Assembly (NCBI GenBank): GCA_037481835.1
Contig: JBBFKW010000008.1
Location: forward strand, 114,512-178,511
Origin: Desulfosoma sp.
Lineage (GTDB): Bacteria; Desulfobacterota; Syntrophobacteria; Syntrophobacterales; DSM-9756
Direction: 5' to 3'
Length of the DNA stretch: 64,000 nt
Part shown: positions 19,751 to 29,482 of the stretch, in pieces
How the letters are laid out: each line of letters opens with the position of its first letter
How positions within the stretch are numbered: the first letter of the stretch is position 1
The notes under the pieces: model-generated
The model's input: the letters and a program-made list of their open reading frames with translations, nothing else
Databases searched by the model: none
Told to the model about the DNA's origin: nothing
Translations under genes and position numbers: made by a program

Positions 19751-20977
19751 ATGCTGCTCGTCCCCTCTTCGGAAGTCGCTCAACGCATCGTGGCCTTCCA
19801 AAGCCTTCTTCAAACCCACCAGGTGGATGGGGCCCTGATCCGCCAAAACACGGACCTCTACTATTTTTCCGGGACCGTCCAAGACGGCTGGCTCCTCATC
19901 CCGGCCTCCGGTCCCCCTGTTTTCGCCGTGCGCCGCGATGTGCACCGCGCCGAACAACAGTCTCCTCTGAGGCCCATCCTTCCCTTGGAAAGCCTCAAGC
20001 AGTTGCCCGCCTTCCTGGACGAGACCGTGGGGCGGGCATCGCCCCGCACCCTAGGCATGGAACTGGACGTGCTGCCCGCCAACACGTTTTTTTTCTTCGA
20101 CGAAAAGCTTTTCCCCAAAGACCGCATCGTGGACGTGAGCGGGCTCATCCGCCAGGTGCGCATGGTCAAGTCTTCGTGGGAGCTGGAAATGATGCGCGGC
20201 GCCGCCGACATTTCCCATGCCGTCGCCCAGGCCGTTCCCCAGATCCTCCGGGAAGGCCTTCGGGAATGGGACCTTTTGGCGGAATTGGAAAAAACAGCCC
20301 GACAGGCAGGCCACCTGGGGTTCGCTCGAGTCCGCGGCTTCAATCTGGAAATCTACTTCGGGCATGTCCTTTCAGGGCCTGAAGCCGCCGAAGCTTCTTA
20401 CGCCGACCAGCCTACAGGGGGTCCCGGGATCAGCCCGGCCTTCAGTCAGGGATCGGGGCTTCGAAAGATCCGACGAGGCGATTTGGTCAGCGTGGACACC
20501 ATGATGAACCACAACGGATACCTGAACGACCAGACCCGGAATTTCAGCCTTGGCCCGCCCGACGAAGAACTTCGGGACCGCTACGCCCTATGCCGGGAAG
20601 TCCACCAGTGCCTTCGAGAATCGGCGGTTCCCGGCGCCGTCACGGGGGAACTCTACAATCTCTTGGTGGATTTGGTCCGAAAGGCCGGCCGACTGGAACA
20701 CTTTATGGGGCCCAATGAGAGCGGCGTGTCTTTTCTCGGTCACGGCCTGGGGCTGGAAGTGGATGAGTTTCCCTTCATCGCCAAAGGCCAGAAGATGGCG
20801 CTGCGGGAAGGCATGACGTTCGCCTTCGAGCCCAAATGGGTCATCCCGGGAAAGGGCATAGCCGGCTTTGAAAACACCTACGTGGTGACGGCCCGCGGCG
20901 CCGAAGCGCTCAATGTGACCCCTGAAGACCTCGTGGTCCTAGGAGCTTGTCCGAGAACTCGATTCTTGCCGATTTGA
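19751..20977 (+). CDS. Xaa-Pro peptidase (M24) with a MITE-derived C-terminus
   Basis: VKSSWE, DQTR, GHGLGLEVDE, FEPK and GFENT. Confidence 0.92.
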   Translation: MLLVPSSEVAQRIVAFQSLLQTHQVDGALIRQNTDLYYFSGTVQDGWLLIPASGPPVFAVRRDVHRAEQQSPLRPILPLESLKQLPAFLDETVGRASPRTLGMELDVLPANTFFFFDEKLFPKDRIVDVSGLIRQVRMVKSSWELEMMRGAADISHAVAQAVPQILREGLREWDLLAELEKTARQAGHLGFARVRGFNLEIYFGHVLSGPEAAEASYADQPTGGPGISPAFSQGSGLRKIRRGDLVSVDTMMNHNGYLNDQTRNFSLGPPDEELRDRYALCREVHQCLRESAVPGAVTGELYNLLVDLVRKAGRLEHFMGPNESGVSFLGHGLGLEVDEFPFIAKGQKMALREGMTFAFEPKWVIPGKGIAGFENTYVVTARGAEALNVTPEDLVVLGACPRTRFLPI

Positions 20978-21041
20978 GCAACGTAAATTCAGATAGTTAG
21001 GATGCCATAAAGCACCAAAATCGGCATTCTCGGACAGGCTC
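20943..21041. mobile_element. 99-bp MITE with 15-bp TIRs and CTAG target duplication
   Basis: GAGCTTGTCCGAGAA ... TTCTCGGACAGGCTC (14/15 match), flanked by CTAG at 20939-20942 and 21042-21045; AT-rich interior. Confidence 0.85.
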
Positions 21042-21323
21042 CTAGACTAAGGTTCACGGTTGCCCCTTTTCAAAAGACCAGGCAAATGACGGGCATGGCA
21101 CGGCAGGCTCGACCCTCGAAGGAATCGCCGCAAAGCCCCTGCAGGTGGAGCAGCGTGTAAAGATTCGTGCCGGGGTGAGCGGAACGAACCCCACTATCAA
21201 CGTCGTGCTCCACCCGAGGGTCCCGCGCCCCGTCACTGGGTCGCGGAAAAGCTTCCCACGCCAATTCCTTGCCAAGGTGCCGGCTTCCAAGGGATGAGGG
21301 ACGGCGGCTTTGTGCTGTTCTTG

Positions 21324-24017
21324 TCACTGCAACGCCAAGTGGGGAGCGCGAAGGAGCCGGCTGATGCGGCGGCTGTAGTACTGGACCTGCTGCCGATCGG
21401 CACAGTATTCCAGCTTCTCCACGGCCTTTTCCGCCCCCTTGGACTCGTCCAGACGACGTTCCAACAGGCCCTTTTCCACAAAATACGCCAGAGCGTTGCC
21501 GCACACGATCTTGGATATGGATTCGGGTCTTTCGATGAGGGCCATCTTGAAATGCTTTTCCCCGGTGGAAAGGACCTTCTTGATGAGGTCTTTTTCCGAA
21601 TATGGCTTTTTTTGCACGTAGCGCAAAGACCGCAGCACAAGCCAATAGGTTTCGAAGAAGTTTCGGATGAGACCGTGAAAAGCCTGGGCCGCCATGAGGC
21701 CCCGGTGCGTGAGCATGTACGGCTGGTTGTCCGCGGGTTCCAGGCTTCGCAGCCAGCCGAGCCGTTCGAAAACATTCAGCACCTGCTTGGCCAACTGGTG
21801 GTCCCGCGTGTCCATGTCGTAGACGAATTCGTATTTGAAGAAATCCTTCATAAAAGCCACATCGTCCAGAACATCCCCGAGACTGAACCGGAAGGTTTCC
21901 TGCCGGAGAATGGATGTGGACACGAATACCGCCGGCAAAAGAAAGTGGAGAATGTTGTTCTTGTAATACTCCAGCGTGAGCCGCTTTTCGTCGTCCAGGA
22001 TGAACACTTCCTCTTCCAGCTCGTCATCTTCGTCCTTGAGGCGTTCCAAGAGCTTGCTCTTGACGAGATCCTTCAACGTGTCTTCGATGACCACGTCGTA
22101 GTTCTGAAAGCTTCGGGAAAAACGAACGCCGTTTTGTTCCAGGTATTCCAGGAAGATCTGGATGGTCTGGAGGAGCTGTCCTTTGGCTGTCCCCTTGCGC
22201 GATCCGGAAAGGAGCGCCGCGGAGACCAAGGCATGGGATGTCACTAAAGAGGCCTGGTTGATACTGGAAATGATGCGGAAGGCGAAATCCCGGTACATGG
22301 CGTGGCGCACCTTCGACGGCAAGGTTTTGAGATCGTAACGGTTCCGCTCCAGGTAGCGCTGCAACGACATGGGTTCGGCGAATCGCACGTAGACCCGCCC
22401 GTAACGCTTCTTGAGAAACCGTCTGGCCCGAACCAGTTGGCCCAAGCTCTCTTGTTTCTTGGCGCCCCCGGTGATTTCGTTCACGTAGACTTCTTCTTCG
22501 GGGATCCTGTCGTAGCAGATGGATGTGGGCACAAAAACCAAATCGTCGCAGAATCCTTCTTCCACGGCCTGAATGAGAATGGCCAGGAGCCCCAGTTTGG
22601 GCAGGACCATCTTGCCGGTGCGGCTTCGCCCCCCCTCGATGAAGAACTCGATGTTGTGCCCAAACCGGACCATGGTTTTGACGTAAAGGGAAAAGACCTC
22701 GGAATAGAACCGGGCACCCTTGAACGTCCGCCGGATGAAAAAAGCGCCGCCCCGGCGGAAAAGGGGACCCAGTGGCCAAAAGGACAGGTTCTTCCCCGCG
22801 GCGATGAACGGCGAATAGAGGTTGTTTCGGAAAAGGACGTAGGACAAAATGAGATAGTCGATGTGGCTCTTGTGGCACGGCACGTAAACGAGGGTGTTGT
22901 GGCGGGCGGCCTTGCGCACACGGTGCAGGCTTTCCATGTCCACTTCAATGCCGTCGAACAGGTTGTTCCACATCCAGGTCAAGACCTTCTCGCCCAGTTG
23001 GATGAGCGTGTAGCTGTAATCGGCGGCGATTTCCTCCAGATACTCGTCGGCCTCTTTGCGGATCTTCCACACGGGTTCGCCCGAAGCCTTGGCCCGCCGT
23101 TTCATGAAGGCTTCCAACTTGGGGTGATGCAGGATGATTTCCTTGAGCTCCAGCTTGCTCTTAATCCGGGGGCCCACGACAGCGCGCCGGATTTCGTCTC
23201 CCGATTCGATGAGGCTTCGGCGCAGTTCGAAGACTTGCTTGCGCCGCTCCCAAGGGTCATCGGACAGTTCCGGCTGCACCTTGGAAAGGTCCAGGGGCTC
23301 CCCCACTTCGATGGCCGCATAGGAATAGTTGCGGATGAAGGAGACGAACTTTCGCACGAGGCCGGGATTTTCGGGGTTGCCGAAGACGATTTCCCAAAAC
23401 CCCCGCCGCTCCCTTCGAGGGGCCCTGCTGTAGAGCAGCACCAGGGGGACGATATAAATGGGCCTCGACGTCTCCTTCTGGAGGTCGACGAGGTGTTCCA
23501 AGGGGTCGTGCCGGACCATGACGGCCCGCTGGTAGTAGCCCTGTTCCCCGAGGAGAAACAGGAGGCCCGATCGGCCTTGGGTCACCATATCCCGGTAATA
23601 GCCGTTTTCGTAAGGATCCGGAACGCCGTCCCTGCTGAGGTGCTTGACGAAGTTTTGGAGGATGATCTTGGCGGCGTAGGTGCGCGACTGCCAAAAATAG
23701 GGGCGGAGGTCGAAGAGATAGGTGGGCGTGGGAAGGCCTAGTTGGTAGAGTCGAAGGCTCACGTAAACGAAATCCAGCTGGGAGCGGTGTCTCAGCGCAT
23801 AGACGATGACGCCTTTCTGGGCCAGGCTTTCCAAAAGTTTTTGCTGGTCCTCCGGGATGGACGTCTTGGCGATGAGCCGCTCGAAGATCGGGCTCAGGAG
23901 AAACCGGGGTTTGGACGGCACGGAAAACCCAAAAGGATCGTCATGGACGCGCTGTTTTTCCGTACCTTTCTGTCCGATTAAACCGTCCTTGACGGACTGG
24001 AACCAGGTGCTCATCAT
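21324..24017 (-). CDS. plsB: Glycerol-3-phosphate acyltransferase, PlsB-like
   Basis: PCHKSHIDY (HX4D), AAGKNL, GAFFIRR and FFIEGGRSRTGK. Confidence 0.88.
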   Translation of the reverse strand: MMSTWFQSVKDGLIGQKGTEKQRVHDDPFGFSVPSKPRFLLSPIFERLIAKTSIPEDQQKLLESLAQKGVIVYALRHRSQLDFVYVSLRLYQLGLPTPTYLFDLRPYFWQSRTYAAKIILQNFVKHLSRDGVPDPYENGYYRDMVTQGRSGLLFLLGEQGYYQRAVMVRHDPLEHLVDLQKETSRPIYIVPLVLLYSRAPRRERRGFWEIVFGNPENPGLVRKFVSFIRNYSYAAIEVGEPLDLSKVQPELSDDPWERRKQVFELRRSLIESGDEIRRAVVGPRIKSKLELKEIILHHPKLEAFMKRRAKASGEPVWKIRKEADEYLEEIAADYSYTLIQLGEKVLTWMWNNLFDGIEVDMESLHRVRKAARHNTLVYVPCHKSHIDYLILSYVLFRNNLYSPFIAAGKNLSFWPLGPLFRRGGAFFIRRTFKGARFYSEVFSLYVKTMVRFGHNIEFFIEGGRSRTGKMVLPKLGLLAILIQAVEEGFCDDLVFVPTSICYDRIPEEEVYVNEITGGAKKQESLGQLVRARRFLKKRYGRVYVRFAEPMSLQRYLERNRYDLKTLPSKVRHAMYRDFAFRIISSINQASLVTSHALVSAALLSGSRKGTAKGQLLQTIQIFLEYLEQNGVRFSRSFQNYDVVIEDTLKDLVKSKLLERLKDEDDELEEEVFILDDEKRLTLEYYKNNILHFLLPAVFVSTSILRQETFRFSLGDVLDDVAFMKDFFKYEFVYDMDTRDHQLAKQVLNVFERLGWLRSLEPADNQPYMLTHRGLMAAQAFHGLIRNFFETYWLVLRSLRYVQKKPYSEKDLIKKVLSTGEKHFKMALIERPESISKIVCGNALAYFVEKGLLERRLDESKGAEKAVEKLEYCADRQQVQYYSRRISRLLRAPHLALQ

Positions 24018-24133
24018 GCAATCCTTCCCCAAGGAAAAGATGTGTCGGCCTCGGCCTGCAAAACGCAGTAAACTACCAAAAGCCGACCCTTTTAGGAAAA
24101 GTTTTTTCCGGGCGATGGAAGGAGTGCTCTCCC

Positions 24134-25846
24134 GTGCTCAGTGAACTCGTGGTGCACAATTTCGCCATCATTTCACGCCTTCACGTGGCCTTTGATTCCG
24201 GTTTCACCGTGATCACGGGGGAAACCGGAGCCGGCAAGTCCATCCTTGTCGGGGCCGTCAACCTGCTGCTGGGGGGGCGGGCGTCCCAGGACATGATCCG
24301 AACCGGAGCCGACGAAGCCACCGTGGAGGCCCTCTTTACGTTCGACAATCCGAAGATCTTGGCCGAACGGCTTCAGGGTCTGGATGTGGAACCTTCCGCC
24401 GAACTCGTTATCAAGCGCACTGTCAGCCGCTCCGGGCGCAACCGCGTCTTCATCAACGGCCGACTCGCCACGCTGTCCCAACTGCAAGCCCTAGCCGTGG
24501 GGCTCATTTCCATTTCCGGACAGCACGAACATCAGGTGCTTTTAAACCCCGACATCCATCTGGACCTTCTGGACCAGTATGGCGGCCTGGAAGACGATGC
24601 GGCCCGCGTGGCCGAGGCCTACGCGCAATGGACTCAAAAGCTGGACGCCCTCAAGCGCCTCCAGCGAATGAAAGAGCAACGCCGGGAACAGCTGGACTTT
24701 ATGCGGTTTCAACTCCACGAATTGGAAGCCGCGCGGCTGGTTCCCAACGAAGACGAGGAGCTCCAAAATGAGCGGCGGATCCTCCAGCATGCGGCGACCC
24801 TTCATGAGGCCGCAGAAAACGCCCATCGGCTGATCTACCGCGAACACGGCTCCGTCATCGAAAAACTGGATGAAGCCGCCAGAAATTTGGAAACCATCGC
24901 CAGGATCGACCCCAGCCAAGCGCCCGCTTTGGACCATGTGGAACAGGCCAGGATCCACGTCCAGGAACTCAGTTATATGCTCCAGCAGTACCTTGGAGGC
25001 ATTCGTTTCGACCCGCAACGTCTTGCGGAAGTGGAAGACCGACTGGCCCAGCTCGCCCGTTTGGCCAAAAAGTACGGCCCCACCGTGGCGGACATGATTC
25101 GCACCCGGGACGAACTTCGCACGGCCTTGAGCGGGGATGCGGACGCGGATTGGGAAGAATCGGTCCTTCAAAAGGAAGCAGCCCGGGCCGAAGAACATCT
25201 CAGGGCCTTAGCCCAGGAACTTTCACGGCGGAGGCGTTCCGCGGCGGCACGGCTCCGCGGCGACGTGGAACAGGTCCTGGCCCGGCTGGATCTTCCCAAG
25301 GCGCGTTTCGATGTGCGGTTTTCTGGGGACGCGGACGTATCGGCGGAAGATTTTGCCGCCCAGATCACGGCCAAAGGGCTGGACCGCGTGGAATTCCTCC
25401 TTTCGGCCAACCCAGGGGAGGCGCTCAAACCCCTGGCCAAAGTGGCCTCCGGCGGAGAACTGTCGCGCATCCTCCTCGCCCTCAAAACGCTGCTCAGCGG
25501 CCAAGGGGAAGCGGAAACTCTCATCTTCGACGAAGTGGATGCGGGAATCGGAGGCCGCACGGCGGAGCTCGTCGGCCGCCAGCTGCAGGACCTCGCTCGG
25601 CGCTTTCAGGTGATCTGCATCACCCACCTGCCACAGATCGCCTGCTACGGTTCCCATCACTACCGTGTGGCCAAGGAAAGCGATCAGGACACGACCCGAA
25701 CCACCATCTCGCGGCTCGACCCTCAAGAGCGCATCACGGAATTGGCCCGCATGTTGGGCGGGGTCACCATCACTGAAAAAACCCTCGCCCACGCCCGCGA
25801 ATGGCTCGAACGCGCCCACCCTTCCGATCATGAGCCCTCACCATAG
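24134..25846 (+). CDS. recN: DNA repair protein RecN
   Basis: TGETGAGKS, GQHEHQ, ASGGELSR, FDEVDAG and ITHLPQIA. Confidence 0.96.
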   Translation: MLSELVVHNFAIISRLHVAFDSGFTVITGETGAGKSILVGAVNLLLGGRASQDMIRTGADEATVEALFTFDNPKILAERLQGLDVEPSAELVIKRTVSRSGRNRVFINGRLATLSQLQALAVGLISISGQHEHQVLLNPDIHLDLLDQYGGLEDDAARVAEAYAQWTQKLDALKRLQRMKEQRREQLDFMRFQLHELEAARLVPNEDEELQNERRILQHAATLHEAAENAHRLIYREHGSVIEKLDEAARNLETIARIDPSQAPALDHVEQARIHVQELSYMLQQYLGGIRFDPQRLAEVEDRLAQLARLAKKYGPTVADMIRTRDELRTALSGDADADWEESVLQKEAARAEEHLRALAQELSRRRRSAAARLRGDVEQVLARLDLPKARFDVRFSGDADVSAEDFAAQITAKGLDRVEFLLSANPGEALKPLAKVASGGELSRILLALKTLLSGQGEAETLIFDEVDAGIGGRTAELVGRQLQDLARRFQVICITHLPQIACYGSHHYRVAKESDQDTTRTTISRLDPQERITELARMLGGVTITEKTLAHAREWLERAHPSDHEPSP

Positions 25847-25875
25847 TCGCCCCCCACAAATTTACCCCGTTTTCA

Positions 25876-25935
25876 AATTCCAATCCTACGTATCCCAATC
25901 TTACATATCCCAATCTTGCTTATCCCAATTTTGCT
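25876..25935 (+). repeat. 4 x 15-bp tandem repeat (TATCCCAATCTTRCW)
   Basis: Units start at 25876, 25891, 25906 and 25921. Confidence 0.85.
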
Positions 25936-25949
25936 TCTTCTGATCTTAC

Positions 25950-26052
25950 GTAGGTTGGGGTGAGCGAAGCGAACCCCAACATTGCCATCTCGTCAGAAAC
26001 GCTCGGTCCGTTGAGGAACTGTCAAGTTGGGGTGAGCGAAGCGAACCCCAAC
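25950..26052 (+). repeat. Two direct family A REPs downstream of rayt
   Basis: 25950-25980 is intact; 26022-26052 has GTAG replaced by TCAA; both are followed by ATTGCCATC. Confidence 0.9.
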
Positions 26053-26059
26053 ATTGCCA

Positions 26060-26285
26060 TCCCCCACCCACCGTGCTCCAACAAACATGATCCACCCAAC
26101 CCCAACCCCTCATCCACCTCAATCCAACACCCCCTGATCCACCCACTCCAACATCCCTCATCGACCCTGCTCCAACAAACCCCATCCACCCAACCCCAAC
26201 CCCTAGTGCACCTCAATCCAAACCCCCTGATCCACCCACTCCAACATCCCCCATCCACTCTGCTCCAACAAACCCCATCCAATCC
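26060..26285 (+). repeat. C/A-rich higher-order tandem repeat (about 93-94 bp period, 23-25 nt subunits)
   Basis: TGCTCCAACAAAC recurs at 26074, 26168 and 26261; subunits ATCCACCC..CCAAC..CCC. Confidence 0.85.
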
Positions 26286-26291
26286 CAAGCT

Positions 26292-26819
26292 TCAACGCTC
26301 CCCAAAACTTCCCCCCAACTCGGGCACTCCCCCCCAATCCGCCGAAAGCCATCCTCGCTTCACAAAGGCGTGGAAGGTGGAAAAAGGCCAATCCACAACC
26401 CTCGCCACATATCCGTGCTTCACAGGGTTGTAGTGAATATAGGTGCAGTGGATTTCCAGATCTCGCTCATCGCGGATCATGTGTTCCCAATACCTGCGCT
26501 GCCAGAGGCCCCGTTCGCCTTTTTTCCGGCGGCTTTCAGAAATGGGTTCCGTGTTTGGAATACCTCTGGAAAAACCGGCCTTGATCATGGCCCATCGCGT
26601 AGCGTAATCGGCATCGCCCTGCGGCATGTGCCATATGGCGTGCATATGATCCGGAAGCACCACCCAAGCGATGATTTCGAAAGGATGGGCACGGCGGACG
26701 CGCCGGACCACGGTCCGAAGAAGTTCGATGTTTTTCGTGAGAAGATCGCTGGTTCTGTCTACAAGATTCAGCGTAAAGAAATAAGCGCCTCCAGGAACAA
26801 AGGCTCGACGATAGCGCAT
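26292..26819 (-). CDS. rayT: REP-associated tyrosine transposase (RAYT/TnpA-REP, HUH Y1), 175 aa
   Basis: MRYRRAFVPGGAYFFT, HUH motif LPDHMHAIW, WQRRYWEH and YIHYNPVKHG; flanked by REPs. Confidence 0.93.
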   Translation of the reverse strand: MRYRRAFVPGGAYFFTLNLVDRTSDLLTKNIELLRTVVRRVRRAHPFEIIAWVVLPDHMHAIWHMPQGDADYATRWAMIKAGFSRGIPNTEPISESRRKKGERGLWQRRYWEHMIRDERDLEIHCTYIHYNPVKHGYVARVVDWPFSTFHAFVKRGWLSADWGGVPELGGSFGER

Positions 26820-26861
26820 GGCGCTCTTCCTTTTTGGAGGAAGGCAAGGGTGGGGATGGGG

Positions 26862-27770
26862 AAAAACCGCGCCCACGCACCGACACCCCGGCACGGCGCC
26901 GCACCATGAAAGTCCAAGGCTTCCGCGCCTTCCCATCGATCGTCATGGAAGCATGCACGGATTTTCGTAGAAACTCGCACGGGTTTTCTATCCCACGGCT
27001 TTCGTGCAATCAGTTTAACGTTGGCGGGTGGTCATGGGAAAGTGGGCGGCAAGGAGAAAAGGGTCGGGGATGGGGAAATGTTGGGGTTCGCTGCGCTCAC
27101 CCCAACCTACATGTTTACATGTCGCCTCGGCGAGGCGGCGAACACGGAATGTCCGGCCGTCCCACACTCTGGGCCCGCCTTTCATCCTTCGGCCCGAAAT
27201 TCTGCAAAAAACCCGTAGGTTGGGGTGAGCGAAGCGAACCCCAACAAAAACCGCGCCCACGCACCGACACCCCGGGAAGGCGCCGCACCATGAAAGTCCA
27301 AGGCTTCCGCGCCTTCCCATCGATCGTCATGGAAGCATGCACGGATTTTCGTAGAAACTCGCACGGGTTTTCTATCCCACGGCTTTCGTGCAATCAGTTT
27401 AACGTTGGCGGGTGGTCATGGGAAAGTGGGCGGCAAGGAGAAAAGGGTCGGGGATGGGGAAATGTTGGGGTTCGCTGCGCTCACCCCAACCTACATGTTT
27501 ACATGTCGCCTCGGCGAAGCGGCGAACACGGAATGTCCGGCCTTCCCACACTCTGGGCCCGCCTTTCATCCTCCCTCCCAAAATTTTGCAAAAAACCCGT
27601 AGGTTGGGGTGAGCGAAGCGAACCCCAACCAAAACCGCGCCCACGCACCGACACCCCGGCACGGCGCCGCACCATGAAAGTCCAAGGCTTCCGCGCCTTC
27701 CCATCGATCGTCATGGAAGCACGCACGGATTTTCATAGAAACACGCACGGGTTTTCCATCCCACGGCTTT
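26862..27770 (+). repeat. About 2.4 copies of a 384-bp tandem repeat carrying REP doublets (BIME-like)
   Basis: CCGCGCCCACGCACCGACACC at 26867, 27251 and 27635; REPs at 27080-27110(-), 27215-27245(+), 27464-27494(-) and 27599-27629(+). Confidence 0.93.
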
Positions 27771-27782
27771 TGGGCGATCCGG

Positions 27783-28535
27783 TTAACGCGGCGAATCCTC
27801 CACAAGGCGGGGGACAAGGTCACCGGCCTTGCCGAGGAGGCTCACGTTAAAGGCTCGGCTGTAAGGGGTGGGTTCCAGGTTGATTTCCACGACGAAGGCG
27901 CCGTGTTCCTGGGCATAGAGGCCCATGGAGGCGGCCGGCTGCACAACACCGGATGTGCCGACAACCACCATGACGTCGCATTGCTCCAGTTTGCCGTAGG
28001 CCGTTTGGAGGACGGCGGGGTCCAAGGATTCGCCGAACCACACCACGTCGGGCCGCACCATGGCACCGCAGGCTTCACAATGGGGCGGATAGGGAATGGG
28101 CACGCGGCGGTCTTCCTTCTTCAGACCGCATCGGCTGCATCGAACCCACCAGATGTTGCCGTGGAGCTCCACGACGGCGAGGGAACCGGCGGCCTGGTGG
28201 AGCCCGTCGATGTTCTGGGTGAGCAGGACGAAATCGGGCGTTCGGTTTTCCAGGGTCACCAGAGCCTTGTGGGCTGGGTTGGGTTTCACCGACGCCAGGA
28301 CTTCGCGCCGATAGTTGTAGAATTCCCAAACCAACTGGGGATTTCGGGAAAAGGCTTCGGGTGTGGCCAGATCCGTCGCTCGGTATTCCCGCCACAGGCC
28401 TCCCGCCCCGCGAAAGGTGGGCACGCCCGATTCCGCCGAAATGCCGGCCCCGGTGAGCACCACGATCCGGCGGGCCTGCCGGATTTTTTCCCGAACCCGT
28501 GCGATGTCCTTCGCCACCTGATCCGGTCGACTCAC
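27783..28535 (-). CDS. cobB: NAD-dependent protein deacylase (Sir2 family)
   Basis: TGAGISAESGVPTFRG, TQNIDGLH, HG, CxxC..CxxC and RPDVVWFGE; GTGA overlap with the upstream gene. Confidence 0.95.
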   Translation of the reverse strand: MSRPDQVAKDIARVREKIRQARRIVVLTGAGISAESGVPTFRGAGGLWREYRATDLATPEAFSRNPQLVWEFYNYRREVLASVKPNPAHKALVTLENRTPDFVLLTQNIDGLHQAAGSLAVVELHGNIWWVRCSRCGLKKEDRRVPIPYPPHCEACGAMVRPDVVWFGESLDPAVLQTAYGKLEQCDVMVVVGTSGVVQPAASMGLYAQEHGAFVVEINLEPTPYSRAFNVSLLGKAGDLVPRLVEDSPR

Positions 28536-29308
28536 AGCCCCCCTCCTTCGTCCAAGGATCGGAAAATGTCGTAGATGTCCAGTCCGAGGCGCCGAAATCC
28601 TTCCAGCCCGTAGACCATGTTGGCTTCCAGCACCCACCAACGGCCTCGGGCATGGCAAAGATCCAACCCCACCTCGTCGAACCGACACACCCTCGCCGTC
28701 CATCGCGCGAACTCCAGGGCCTCGTCCGGCACGGCGTCGAAAGAGATGGTCCCACCCCGGGACACATTGTTTCGGAATTCTCCGGGCCGGGCAATGCGCC
28801 AATAGGCGTGGACCACTCGGCCGGCGATGAGCACCACGCGCAGATCGCGGTCGATGGGAAGGTATTCTTGGATGTAGGCCGGGTGGTGGTGGGCGAGGTA
28901 GCGGCGCAGGTCCTCTTCCGTGCGAACCAGCCAGACCCCTTCCCCTTGGGACGACCCCACTGGGTTTTTGGCGATCATGGGATAGGAGAAATTATCCAGG
29001 ATCCGGGACAATCTGTTCGAGCCGTAATAGAGTCGCGTGCGGGGATGGGGAACATCCAGCAACTGAAACAGGGCCGTCTGGCGGATCTTATGGCCCATGA
29101 ACCTGTAGTAATTTCGAGGGAAAACCTCCTTGCCCACGGAACGGAAAAGGTCTTCGTAGAGCCGGCTTGGATAGTAGACGACGGGGCTCCGGACCAGCTC
29201 GCATCGAATCTCTTCCGGGTAATCCCTCCAATTGGGCTGCACCCCCACGCACCGAAAGGAGCCGCACCGGCGAAGGCGCTTTCCCAAAGACAGGCGTTGT
29301 TTCGACAT
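28532..29308 (-). CDS. RimK-like ATP-grasp ligase
   Basis: GSSQGEGV, YIQEYL, DLRVVLI, FRNNVSRGG and VLEAN. Confidence 0.88.
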   Translation of the reverse strand: MSKQRLSLGKRLRRCGSFRCVGVQPNWRDYPEEIRCELVRSPVVYYPSRLYEDLFRSVGKEVFPRNYYRFMGHKIRQTALFQLLDVPHPRTRLYYGSNRLSRILDNFSYPMIAKNPVGSSQGEGVWLVRTEEDLRRYLAHHHPAYIQEYLPIDRDLRVVLIAGRVVHAYWRIARPGEFRNNVSRGGTISFDAVPDEALEFARWTARVCRFDEVGLDLCHARGRWWVLEANMVYGLEGFRRLGLDIYDIFRSLDEGGGL

Positions 29309-29482
29309 CCAAGGCCCCTCACTGTGATCGAAAAAGGTCGTTCCCCCGCCCATCCCCCAAGGTCGTCGAAATCGTCTCTTGAACCGCAAACCCTCCTTAC
29401 CGCCCTTCGATTTTATGTGACACAGGGCCATTCGCGTGTCAAAATTTTCCCGACTTAACCTATCAACCACAGGAGCCGGGCC

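Noticed and set aside
25960..26433. 157-aa Pro/His/Gln-rich ORF
   Set aside because: Translation of the C/A-rich satellite; overlaps rayt antisense
26292..26819. IS200/IS605 element with TnpB
   Set aside because: No tnpB; the motifs and flanking REPs indicate RAYT
26834..27850. 338-aa repetitive ORF and the many short ORFs containing VGWGERSEPQ or CWGSLRSPQPT
   Set aside because: These are translations of REP and 384-bp repeat DNA (384 is divisible by 3); no independent coding evidence
27783..28535. Sir2-based antiphage system
   Set aside because: It is a canonical zinc-binding CobB deacylase with no defence partner genes
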